Shown piece after piece: positions 49,350 to 58,562 of a stretch of DNA of 64,000 nucleotides; the stretch's first letter is position 1, and every line of letters begins with the position of its first letter. The notes below the pieces were generated by a model, which worked only from the letters and a program-made list of their open reading frames with translations, made no database searches and was not told where the DNA came from. This DNA is from a virus, in IMG/VR virus record IMGVR_UViG_3300030521_000002, positions 1 to 64,000 of that record. The stretch is one strand, 5' to 3'. A program made the position numbers and the translations under genes.

Positions 49350-50759
49350 CTAGCTCACACCTACAGTTAAGCCAGTCCAAGCTGTACCAGTTGTTCCACT
49401 AACCTCGTCACAACCACCGCCCGTAACAGTTTTAACAAAGGTATCTGTAGTTGGGCTCCAAGCGAAAGTTTTGGTAATGGTGCGACCGGCTTTGTAGCAG
49501 AGGATACGCCCCTTGTACACGTCGATCTTTTTAGTTTTAAGCGAGATGGTAAATCCGGCACTGCTACCTGTACCACTAATAGGGCCACTGGGGTCAAGAA
49601 TTTCTATTTCTTGAGTAGCTCCATGCTCTGCTACATTAAAAACAAGATATTGTCTGGTAGCACTATCGAAAAAGGCTACTGCCTTTAATCCGTCAGGGGC
49701 ATCACAAGTTGTGGAGTGATAAGCATCTTCCAAAAGCCCCAATGGGTCTTGAATATCAGGTTCTTCCGGTTCGGTAATATCTAGCTCGGAACCACCATAA
49801 TCAAGCACTTCATCTAGATAGCCCCCAGTTCCAGTAGCCCCATTCATCGTGGAAATCACAATCCATTGAGCAGGACCAGTGCCTTGTAATGCAATGTACA
49901 CATCAGATTTATTGTCATATAGGCAGTAGAGTTTATCGCCAGCTTTGGAGTTGATAAAGAAGTTGGATTGGTCAAACACCACTAGCACAACATGTGTACC
50001 TAATGGTTCTCCTGGGATTTGGGTATCTTGTTGGGAACCAACGGCATCGAGTAAATGGCCCTCTGCATAATGAGCAGTAAATCCCTCATCCAACTCAACT
50101 AAGATTAAGCCTGCTGAGGATTCGCACTCAATAACTCGATAAACATTCAAAGTGGTATCGAGGATTGCAATTCCGTAAGCGCCCATTAGTGCATGTCGGA
50201 AAAGCCCATCTTGGTCATAGACAATAACTTGGGTACCAGTTCCAGCATCAATATCCGTGGGTAGGGTACCCCAATAGTTATTAACTTGCGCTTCGGCAAA
50301 GTAACCACTCGCCCCGCCTGTGCCTACCGTTAGGTGCATGTTCTCCAATAAGCGAAATACGATCCCAGAACTTCCACCGCTACCTACCGTTGCATACCAA
50401 TCCCCAAACTTGTCTCGAATGATTGGTCGATAACCCTGACTAATTGCCGTCGTGGAGGTGTTGTACACTACAATCGAAAAGTCTGGAACTGGTAACTCAC
50501 CTGACCCAGCCATCCCTAAATCAGAGAGTTGGTAGACATTGCAGATCACCTTGCCTGGAATCAACGTGCCTGTGAAAACAGTAGCAGCAGGTAGACCAGC
50601 TTCTGGAATCGCTGCTACATAACAATCGCTGGATTCCCCATGTTGGAGAGGATCAATGTTAGGCAACGGCTGATTCTGGGGACGAGCACGATACTCCGCC
50701 AGAATCTTCTGGAGTAAGCGACCGTCTTCAGGGGTCAGGGCAACTACTGTCTTAGACAT
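49350..50759 (-). CDS. putative tail/baseplate-associated protein
   Basis: beta-rich, GTG-rich; downstream of the tape measure gene. Confidence 0.5.
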   Translation of the reverse strand: MSKTVVALTPEDGRLLQKILAEYRARPQNQPLPNIDPLQHGESSDCYVAAIPEAGLPAATVFTGTLIPGKVICNVYQLSDLGMAGSGELPVPDFSIVVYNTSTTAISQGYRPIIRDKFGDWYATVGSGGSSGIVFRLLENMHLTVGTGGASGYFAEAQVNNYWGTLPTDIDAGTGTQVIVYDQDGLFRHALMGAYGIAILDTTLNVYRVIECESSAGLILVELDEGFTAHYAEGHLLDAVGSQQDTQIPGEPLGTHVVLVVFDQSNFFINSKAGDKLYCLYDNKSDVYIALQGTGPAQWIVISTMNGATGTGGYLDEVLDYGGSELDITEPEEPDIQDPLGLLEDAYHSTTCDAPDGLKAVAFFDSATRQYLVFNVAEHGATQEIEILDPSGPISGTGSSAGFTISLKTKKIDVYKGRILCYKAGRTITKTFAWSPTTDTFVKTVTGGGCDEVSGTTGTAWTGLTVGVS

Positions 50760-50763
50760 GGAA

Positions 50764-51276
50764 CTACTTGGGGAAAACGTAGAGGTGGCACTTGGCCGAT
50801 TCGTGTTGGCAACGAATTTGGAGTTGGGCAGGGTTGCTCACTCGGATGAGCTGAGGCCAACCTGGAAACACTAGGATTTTGAGGGGGAAGCGACTGTTAT
50901 CTCCCGTCGGTACTTCGCAACTAATTTCCACTACCCGCTTCTCACAATCAGCTCTCTCCGTATCGGTCGGTTGAACTTGGCGACCCTTGCCCTCATTATT
51001 CGTAAGGATGAGATAGCCGATTTGGTCGGGAGCGAACCACCCAAAATCGAGGGGTTGCCATTCTTCTTTGGCCACCAACCTCCGCTCGTAGGGTTGTTCC
51101 AACGGTTGTGGATAAGCATGAGCAATAGCATGGATCGTAGTGGGTTGTTCCCCTAAATGCTCATAGTTGAAACTAAAGCTGCAAGTGATCCTGTCTTTGT
51201 TGGTAAGAGCAGGTTGTAGAGGAAAAAGTTTTTCTTCCGGTAGAGGGGGAGGCGGTCCCTGTAATTCCTCATTCAT
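50764..51276 (-). CDS. putative virion protein
   Basis: position in the tail operon. Confidence 0.45.
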   Translation of the reverse strand: MNEELQGPPPPLPEEKLFPLQPALTNKDRITCSFSFNYEHLGEQPTTIHAIAHAYPQPLEQPYERRLVAKEEWQPLDFGWFAPDQIGYLILTNNEGKGRQVQPTDTERADCEKRVVEISCEVPTGDNSRFPLKILVFPGWPQLIRVSNPAQLQIRCQHESAKCHLYVFPK

Positions 51277-51298
51277 AGCTAGCTCCTATGAGTGAAAG

Positions 51299-51715
51299 TT
51301 AGGCTTCAAATGCTTCTACGACGACTTTGGCTGGAGCAGTATCAGCCTTAATGCGGACAGTGTTACCACCGCCAGTAGTTCCAGTACCTGTCATAAACTC
51401 TTGGGTGAGATACCGCGAGAACCTAATCGGAAAGAATTCTCCTGGTAGTAACTCCATAAGCGGAAAGAAATCCACTCCATCCCAAATCCCTACTGTGACA
51501 AAGTTAGTGGAGTCAATGTTCTTAATGATCCCCAACCCAGGTTGGGTAAGCTCACTGAAGTTGACATCGGTGCCTTCCAAGGTAGCTGCAAAAGCACCAG
51601 GGCAGGGACCATTGATACCAGTTACGGTAGCTTGGAAGTTGGATGGATTACTGACGTAGTTAATGTTTCCTATACGCACACGCAATTGGGTTTGGACAGT
51701 TGCTTCGCGGGCCAT
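51299..51715 (-). CDS. putative virion protein
   Basis: beta-sandwich-like pattern IKNIDSTNFVTVG...LLPGE. Confidence 0.5.
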   Translation of the reverse strand: MAREATVQTQLRVRIGNINYVSNPSNFQATVTGINGPCPGAFAATLEGTDVNFSELTQPGLGIIKNIDSTNFVTVGIWDGVDFFPLMELLPGEFFPIRFSRYLTQEFMTGTGTTGGGNTVRIKADTAPAKVVVEAFEA

Positions 51716-51722
51716 GATCCAC

Positions 51723-52673
51723 CTAAAGGGAACTGGGAATGTCAAGATCGTAGAGGTTAGCTTCGGGATATTTCTTAACCGTTGGCAGGAACGTAGGGGA
51801 CTCTGGCGTAAGGGAGGGATTGCCTAAACCATCCAAGGCAGTTTGTACGGGAAACCTTGCTCCCTTTTCGTCCTTGAACACCTCGAAATTGTTGGGGTTG
51901 GTGGCATCGGTAGCAATCGGATACCAGACATGTGGGTCTTGGCCCAGGAGTGCCTTGCCCCAATCTCCGCGTAAGACATTGAATCCACGGTCAGGAATAT
52001 CAGCATCATCGAACGTGTTGTAACGGATATCAAAGTCAAACCGGCGGGTGTAGTAGTACGTGCAAATGCCGTACAGTTTACGTTCATACACCACATTGCT
52101 GAGTTTTACACACCTTGCACCTAGTCCCCACAAGCCAGAGTCGTTCACATGGTCGATCATCCCGCTGAACACATCCAAGCCAAGGTTCAAGACATTCTGC
52201 CCGATGATGACTGTGGGGCGGTTAGCATCCTTCTCAACAAGAATAGTTTCATGGCTGCTACTCTTAATCCGCTTGTTGTTGTAATCTACTCCGACTAGGG
52301 CTGTGTACTTGACGAAGCTACCACTGATGCTTTGCGGTTCGGAGAGCGGGTCTTCAATTTGAGTGTCTTGGCAACGACGGAAGGGGAGTGTGGTGAATTC
52401 CTGATCCACCCACCATTTCTTGCAAGGATCACCATCGTTGATCTTAGATGAGACGTTCATCTTAGGCGAACAGAAGGCCCACAGGTCTACATCGTTGGCA
52501 ATCCCTGACCAAGCAGAGCCAACCAAGGGGAGCCCAGCTGCGTTAAATACGGCGAATGGTCCATCTAACTTATTGGTGGTTCCTACCTGCCAACGAACCT
52601 TGTAGGTGCGATGCCCGATACCATCCGTTGACATGCCCCAAGAAACAGGGCCACCCTCAACTGCTGCTGACAT
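51723..52673 (-). CDS. putative distal tail / hub protein
   Basis: immediately follows the tape measure gene. Confidence 0.5.
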   Translation of the reverse strand: MSAAVEGGPVSWGMSTDGIGHRTYKVRWQVGTTNKLDGPFAVFNAAGLPLVGSAWSGIANDVDLWAFCSPKMNVSSKINDGDPCKKWWVDQEFTTLPFRRCQDTQIEDPLSEPQSISGSFVKYTALVGVDYNNKRIKSSSHETILVEKDANRPTVIIGQNVLNLGLDVFSGMIDHVNDSGLWGLGARCVKLSNVVYERKLYGICTYYYTRRFDFDIRYNTFDDADIPDRGFNVLRGDWGKALLGQDPHVWYPIATDATNPNNFEVFKDEKGARFPVQTALDGLGNPSLTPESPTFLPTVKKYPEANLYDLDIPSSL

Positions 52674-55294
52674 TAGTTAGTGCTCCCCAAGGTTTCGAGA
52701 ACAACGCCATCTTTGCTGGCTTGTTGCCGAGTAGATTCAGCAATTTGGGCTAAGAAGGCTTTCATCTCAGTTAGCAACTCTTTGTTGTTAGAAGCTTCTA
52801 TATTAGGGGGATTATTCGGGCTACGAGGCGGGCCTGGGGTCTTTGCTTCTACGTCTGTTTTTCTGTCAAAGTCAAAGATAGTTTTATCAAACCTTTTGTT
52901 GGCCTTATCCCGGGCTAACATTTCCTTAATCGAAGGAATTTGCCCCTTTCTTTGCATCGTATGGATAGCTACTTTAAGCTTGTCTTCATTTCTATTCTGT
53001 GCAAACCTAGCTCGCTTATCTTGGGTAGTGTTCTTGCGAGCCATTCCAGATAGCGAAGGCTTGATCGGATTTTTACCGACGATGTTTTGTTGTTGTTGAA
53101 CCACTTGCCCTAGCCAACGGTAATACGCTTCACTACCAGCGTGGAGTGCGATAGGGTCAAATTCAACTTGGATACTAACCTTTGTTTGACTGTCCTTAAG
53201 TTCCTTGTCGAGAACTTTCTTGGCTCGGTCATACGTTTGTTGAAACTCTGCTCCGTTCTCTTTTAGCAACTCATTAAGTTCCTTCAGCTTCTTGTTGTAC
53301 TTTTCTTGCGGAGTAGCCATCTCATCAGTCAGTTGTCTGCCTCTACGTAAAGCGTCTTCATGTTCCTTAAGAGCCCTGTTGCTGTCTTTTAACGCCTTGA
53401 CTGTAGCTTTGTCTACTGGACCAGCATCATCCATACCATGGGCATGGTCATCATTAGCCTCTCCTAGCCTATCGAGGGCTTTATCACGTTCTGGCCCGGC
53501 CGGTAATTTCATAGCAGCCGCCCTAGCTTCAGCAACCCTATTAAGAGCACCAGCCTCTTCTTGAAGTTGCTTGATATAAGCCCCAATGTTGGCTTCTTTT
53601 TGCTCCTCCTCTGCTTTATCTTCTTCGGCGGCTCTTCGATTCTCCTCTTGGTTGTTAATTAACTGCTGTTGAGCCATTCTTCTAGCTTGGAGATTCTTAA
53701 TCTGCTCAGCAGTTAATCCTTCCAAAGCCAGCTTCTCACGTTCGAGAATTATCGTCATGGCTTGCTCACTAGTCAAGCCTTGTTGAATCAGCTTCTCCCG
53801 CTCTTGGATTTGGTGAATCGAGCTTTGGATAGCAGTTGTTTCTTCTTCATACCTCTCAGCTGCTTCACGGAGTTGGGTAGCTCTAGCTACAGCATCGGCA
53901 CCAGCTTGCTTTTCAGCAGCAGAGTATTCTTGAAGGTTCTTGATCTGTTTCTCAATCGCCATCTCGGAATCAACTGTGCTTGGTCGATCACCACCTTGAA
54001 TACGCCTAGCTCGTTCTAGCTCGTCATTGGTTCTCCCTTGCATCGAGAGTTCCAATTGCAGCTGCTCCATCTTCTTGTTGTGGGCACGATCGTAGGAGCG
54101 TTGGGCAGCTTCAAAAACTTGAAGTTCCGATTTTTCAACATCCTCCAAATCCTGTCTAGCGGCTTTTTCGCGGAGAATTTTAGCCGCTTCATCAATACTA
54201 GTCTGCTTTTGGAGAGTTTGTTGAGCCTCTTCTTCCCTAATCTTTCGCTGTGTTCCTAACTCTTCATCGAGTAGTTGGATGTTCTTGCGGGCTTGTTCTG
54301 CTCGTTGCAACTCGGCTTGCATCCGTTCTCTTGCAATAGCCGCCTCATCTTTAGCTCCTGATGATCTAACATCACTCTTCCGATCAATAAGTGGATTGAA
54401 TGGCTGGCGTTGCTTGTCCAACTCTTGAAAAAAGGTTGGACCACCAAAGATGCTATTAAACGTCTCGCGGCTTAGTAAATCTTTTTCTGGGCGGGTAGCA
54501 ACACTAGAATTTTTAGGAGCAGTTCCAGGAATACGCCAAGCTCGCTTGTTCTCCCTGTCAGCTTGGTTCTTCCTGACCTGAAATTCGTCTTCAGTCTCAG
54601 TTGAATTTCGATGCTTATCACCCATGAAAGCATCCCACTCACCGCGAATCTCCCTGATGTTGCGCTTAACTTGTTCATAGCGAGCACTCCAACCACTCAT
54701 CTGTGACATTTCTTGGGAGTTGGCGTCTATCTTCCGCTTCTGGTTGTAAATCTCTTGTTCTTCTGCTACATCTCCCAGTACCTTGATTTGCTCCCGATAC
54801 TTTTGGGTGAGGGTTTCGGTGTCTTTAGCCAGGGCAATCGTTTTGGCAGAACTTCGATCAAACTCCGTGATGAGCTTCCCCATCATTGAGGTGGTAGTAT
54901 CTACGATCAGCCCTAACCCCTTGTAGGTCACATAGGCAGCCCCAATACCCAACCCAATTTGGCCAAGTGCTGACCCCATCTTGAGCAAGCCACCAGCAGC
55001 AGTAAATGCTCCTGCTCCAATACCGATCGTTCTAGCAGTTAAGTCAATTGCCTTGGGAATTACGCCACTGATAGCAATCCGATAAGCTCCGTAGCTTCCT
55101 ACGGCTACTCTCGTGGCTGTCTCGACGGCATCCCCGGTACTCTTCCATGAGTTACGCATCGACTCCGTGGATTTATCAACCTGCCGCTCAGCTTCCTCCG
55201 TCTGCCTACGAGAGTCTTGCAGCATCTGGCGATAATTGGAATTATCACCCTGCAAACGCACGATCAACTTCTGCAGTTCCAACTCATTTGACAT
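52673..55294 (-). CDS. tail tape measure protein
   Basis: LIVRLQGDNS N-terminus, Gly/Ala hydrophobic segment, long coiled coil, TPQEKYNKKL motif; follows the chaperones. Confidence 0.75.
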   Translation of the reverse strand: MSNELELQKLIVRLQGDNSNYRQMLQDSRRQTEEAERQVDKSTESMRNSWKSTGDAVETATRVAVGSYGAYRIAISGVIPKAIDLTARTIGIGAGAFTAAGGLLKMGSALGQIGLGIGAAYVTYKGLGLIVDTTTSMMGKLITEFDRSSAKTIALAKDTETLTQKYREQIKVLGDVAEEQEIYNQKRKIDANSQEMSQMSGWSARYEQVKRNIREIRGEWDAFMGDKHRNSTETEDEFQVRKNQADRENKRAWRIPGTAPKNSSVATRPEKDLLSRETFNSIFGGPTFFQELDKQRQPFNPLIDRKSDVRSSGAKDEAAIARERMQAELQRAEQARKNIQLLDEELGTQRKIREEEAQQTLQKQTSIDEAAKILREKAARQDLEDVEKSELQVFEAAQRSYDRAHNKKMEQLQLELSMQGRTNDELERARRIQGGDRPSTVDSEMAIEKQIKNLQEYSAAEKQAGADAVARATQLREAAERYEEETTAIQSSIHQIQEREKLIQQGLTSEQAMTIILEREKLALEGLTAEQIKNLQARRMAQQQLINNQEENRRAAEEDKAEEEQKEANIGAYIKQLQEEAGALNRVAEARAAAMKLPAGPERDKALDRLGEANDDHAHGMDDAGPVDKATVKALKDSNRALKEHEDALRRGRQLTDEMATPQEKYNKKLKELNELLKENGAEFQQTYDRAKKVLDKELKDSQTKVSIQVEFDPIALHAGSEAYYRWLGQVVQQQQNIVGKNPIKPSLSGMARKNTTQDKRARFAQNRNEDKLKVAIHTMQRKGQIPSIKEMLARDKANKRFDKTIFDFDRKTDVEAKTPGPPRSPNNPPNIEASNNKELLTEMKAFLAQIAESTRQQASKDGVVLETLGSTN

Positions 55295-55532
55295 TTGGTT
55301 TACCTAAGCGTTGTTGCCAACTGGCCTTGGAGATTGCAGTCAGGTTCTTAATATGCTCTGCACTAGGAGGCTTGGGAGCAGTTTCTTTGGGATACCAGTG
55401 TTCTAACCAATGTTGCCAACCGACATACTGACGATGGGTTATTGGCCCCGGCCAGCCAAACACTTCATGTAAGTGCTTGTTCAGCTTGGTGGCAAGGTAG
55501 TAGTAGTCGTAGTATCCCCTGGCACGTTTTTT
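55284..55532 (-). CDS. tail assembly chaperone extension (gpT-like) reached by a -1 frameshift
   Basis: A AAA AAC slippery heptamer at 55526-32; -1 frame open (KRARGYYDYYYLATKLNKHLHEVFGW...) to a TGA overlapping the TMP start. Confidence 0.75.
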   Translation of the reverse strand, partial: KKRARGYYDYYYLATKLNKHLHEVFGWPGPITHRQYVGWQHWLEHWYPKETAPKPPSAEHIKNLTAISKASWQQRLGKPNVK

Positions 55533-56008
55533 ATTAAGTCCTCATCGCTCAACATGTCATTGAGTTCTTTGAACCGAGGATCAGTCAGAGTTCGCAGGTA
55601 AGTCCGGAATTCCACTAACCCAATCGGACACTCTTCTCGTAGCAGGGCTTCTTCTAACGCTGACTTACCATCCCTAAGTAGTGGTTCGTTTTTCTCGTTC
55701 ATGTCCGAGTTATCGAGAACCCACTGGTAGAGTTGATTGACTAACCGAGCTGGCCAATTACAAATTACCCCCAAAGGAACTGCAGCGTTGGTTTCCGTGA
55801 TTCGTAGGCAACGCGAGACTAGCTGAGGTTCCACCCCGGCTAAATTTCTCATCCCAGCATACTTACCATCCACATAAGTTGAAGCAGCCATGTTACCATT
55901 TCGCCACTCCACTGCTGCTGATTCCCCAGCCTCGTCCAAGGTGTATTGCACACTCTTGTACTTGACCGGCATGGACCTTGGTTGCAGGTCTTTATCGAAG
56001 TCGAACAT
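55481..56008 (-). CDS. tail assembly chaperone (gpG-like)
   Basis: between the tail tube and TMP genes; ends near the slippery site. Confidence 0.7.
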   Translation of the reverse strand: MFDFDKDLQPRSMPVKYKSVQYTLDEAGESAAVEWRNGNMAASTYVDGKYAGMRNLAGVEPQLVSRCLRITETNAAVPLGVICNWPARLVNQLYQWVLDNSDMNEKNEPLLRDGKSALEEALLREECPIGLVEFRTYLRTLTDPRFKELNDMLSDEDLIKNVPGDTTTTTTLPPS

Positions 56009-56105
56009 AGAACTAGCTCCTAAAGGAATAAATAGCCCCTAAGCCGCCCATGTAGGCAAGCGAACCTGCACGTAACGGCTATCGGGGGAAGAGAATAGAC
56101 GGAGA

Positions 56106-56579
56106 TTAAGTTCCAGGGGCGTAAGTTCCAGCTGGACCTGTTTCCACACCGGAAGTTGGGTCTTGGTTCGTCGGGGACATAGTAATCGTGGCTTCCGGTT
56201 GCGTACCTTCCACGAGCGGAGCCCGTTGGAATTGACGCAGAGCCAAGTACCAGTTCTCTGTCGAACCGTCCGGGTAATGGATCGTCCAAGAGTGTGGGAC
56301 GTTCAACAACGCCAAAATTTGCGTTAGTACCGCTGGATCATAGGCTACCACCACTTGCATATCCGTAGCAGTCACCAAAGCGCGAGGCTCAAAAGTTCTC
56401 CAGGTTGTATTGAACATGGTTGTCTGGGGAATCATTTCCCCGCCATCCAACCCTGGGGGCTGCACCGTCTTTTCCCAAAAGGACACATCCGGGTCCATGG
56501 CCGAAGCAATCTTGGTCGAGTAGCCATCCTTGAGTTTGATACCACCTGGGGTCGAACGAGCTGTCGTCGAAAGAGGCAT
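56106..56579 (-). CDS. major tail tube protein
   Basis: TVQPPGLDGGEMI..TT, YDPA, WTIHYPDGS; position. Confidence 0.7.
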   Translation of the reverse strand: MPLSTTARSTPGGIKLKDGYSTKIASAMDPDVSFWEKTVQPPGLDGGEMIPQTTMFNTTWRTFEPRALVTATDMQVVVAYDPAVLTQILALLNVPHSWTIHYPDGSTENWYLALRQFQRAPLVEGTQPEATITMSPTNQDPTSGVETGPAGTYAPGT

Positions 56580-56597
56580 AAAAATCTCCTAAAAAGG

Positions 56598-57074
56598 TTA
56601 TGTGCCGGTTCCAGTTTCACCATCTACTAACAAAGTAATTGTCGCTACTGCATTTGCTGAGAACAGTCTTCTCCGACTCGTGGGAGCTTCTGCGCCCATC
56701 GAAATCACATCGCTGGTTCTCGTAATGGCTTGGACAAGATAAGAAGTCGTTCCAATTACTACTGTATCCCTGAGTACAAACTCGTCAAAGCAACGGAGGA
56801 CGTTCTTGGCTTTGAGATACCCATCCCCGTTATCATCCGAGCGAACTTTGACTTGTAATCCAAAAGGGCCTTGAACCTCCCCATCGGTGTGTGTTCTACC
56901 TTGAATCGGGCCTTGCGTATCGTAAATTGCCAAGGCACTATCAGGCTTGTCTGCTAAGAACCCCACATAACATGGCCACGGGCCTACGCCATCGTCCGGG
57001 TCAGTGCAAAGATCATAGTCCACCAACAATTGGCGAATGATCTTGGACGGGGGGTGGCGTAGGAAGTGGCTCAT
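56598..57074 (-). CDS. tail terminator / minor capsid-like protein
   Basis: PDSALAIYDT, LQVKVRS, RRLFSAN. Confidence 0.65.
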   Translation of the reverse strand: MSHFLRHPPSKIIRQLLVDYDLCTDPDDGVGPWPCYVGFLADKPDSALAIYDTQGPIQGRTHTDGEVQGPFGLQVKVRSDDNGDGYLKAKNVLRCFDEFVLRDTVVIGTTSYLVQAITRTSDVISMGAEAPTSRRRLFSANAVATITLLVDGETGTGT

Positions 57075-57499
57075 TTACGTTTCTTGTGCAAGGCTTTAAT
57101 TTGTTGGGAGATTCCGTAGGCTTTTTCGGCTGCCGCTGTAGCGTTCCCCTCCGTCGCTACGAAGCCGCTAGCACGGAGGGCGGAAGTATCTACCGGAACG
57201 ATCGATTGGGCTTCTCGGAGCAAGCGGAGGCCCGCTACGAGCAATCCTTGGAGGATGCTCCCCGTTTGCTTGGTAACGGAGCTAGCTATCTTCCCTAAAT
57301 CGGCTTGTAAGTACCTCGCGGGAGCTTCTAGGAACTTGGCTTGCTTACCGGGGGCGTGTTTAGCATCAAGGTTCTCATGGACGAAAATTCCATAATTTTG
57401 TGTAAATCCCACGACTACTGAGGCATTAGCTTCGATTAGGGCCTTTTGCTCTAGTGCCGAGAGTTGGGTAATCAGTCCTCTGCTGCCTTCTAGGTTCAT
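57071..57499 (-). CDS. HK97 gp10-like neck protein
   Basis: YGIFVHE, QAKFLEAP, VPVDTSALRAS. Confidence 0.7.
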   Translation of the reverse strand: MNLEGSRGLITQLSALEQKALIEANASVVVGFTQNYGIFVHENLDAKHAPGKQAKFLEAPARYLQADLGKIASSVTKQTGSILQGLLVAGLRLLREAQSIVPVDTSALRASGFVATEGNATAAAEKAYGISQQIKALHKKRK

Positions 57500-57825
57500 G
57501 CTGCCCTCGCTTGTTCTACATTAAACTGATTTTCCACGGCAGCTTGGCCAGTCCCCGTGCTCCACCAGCGATAGTAATAGATACCCACTAAGCTCCCATC
57601 AATGTTAAAATGGTACTCCCCGGTAGCGTCCTTCACAACCTCTACATCATCCCCGTAAGTTTTCGTGGTTTCTGTACCTTCTGGGTCTTCGTAAGTGATA
57701 TGTACTATGTCTGGGTCTATTTTGGCGTCATTATTTTTAGGGTTGGTAAACACGCCAGTAACTGTGACAAGTGATCCCATCGGATAGGAATTAAATGAGC
57801 TAGCAGTACAACTCATGGTCAACAC
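57496..57825 (-). CDS. putative virion Ig/BppU-like protein
   Basis: DATGEYHFNI...GIYYYRW. Confidence 0.45.
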   Translation of the reverse strand: MLTMSCTASSFNSYPMGSLVTVTGVFTNPKNNDAKIDPDIVHITYEDPEGTETTKTYGDDVEVVKDATGEYHFNIDGSLVGIYYYRWWSTGTGQAAVENQFNVEQARAA

Positions 57826-58015
57826 GCTTCGTCGCTAGGGGTTAATTGGGTTACAACTCGATCTTCTGTAGAGCAGGCATAGGCTAGACGATTGGAGGTT
57901 GAAGCTATCGTTACTAAACTGTCACTAGCATTAAGACAAGATCTTGTTGGTAGCGTCGTAGTCGCACCCAACACGAATGGGTAGTTCAACCAATCAGTAA
58001 TCGAAACTAAGGAAA

Positions 58016-58561
58016 TCAACTAGCGGCTCCTACATCATCCACGCCAGTCACCGAGGTATAAGTTTGTGTGGTATTAACCGTGGTTCCATCGGCTCGATAA
58101 GTTTTGATCGTCGTGGCATCTTTCTTATGCCGATAGAAGAAGGCTCCCCAAACTTGCATCAGCTTTCCGAGAACGGTAGTTGCTACTCCGTCAGGAACAT
58201 CTCCTGACAAGTTATCTAATCCATTGGAGCTTAGCACTCCATCACTAATCTCTGCTCCCGCTACGAGTCGCTTGGAACGTAGGGTCAACCGGACAATCCC
58301 ACTAGCTCCGTTGTCGTGGATATAACTCGTAACTCCATCAGCTACATCCCCATGATTGCCAGTATTAACGCCTAGATACTTTCCTGCATAGATTCCGGTT
58401 CCGGCAGTTAAGGTAATCTTAGTATCAGCTTCGTCTGGAGCAACCTGCCAACCAGGACCGCCCGTATTGGTAGTGTCGTTCCAAAGGTAGCCATCCGAAG
58501 GGCGTTCCCTGGTTTCGTACAAGTCCTTGCCAGAAGGGGCGGTAATAATCGTGGTCAACAT
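58016..58561 (-). CDS. putative virion protein
   Basis: ORF in the structural operon. Confidence 0.45.
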   Translation of the reverse strand: MLTTIITAPSGKDLYETRERPSDGYLWNDTTNTGGPGWQVAPDEADTKITLTAGTGIYAGKYLGVNTGNHGDVADGVTSYIHDNGASGIVRLTLRSKRLVAGAEISDGVLSSNGLDNLSGDVPDGVATTVLGKLMQVWGAFFYRHKKDATTIKTYRADGTTVNTTQTYTSVTGVDDVGAAS

Positions 58562-58562
58562 A

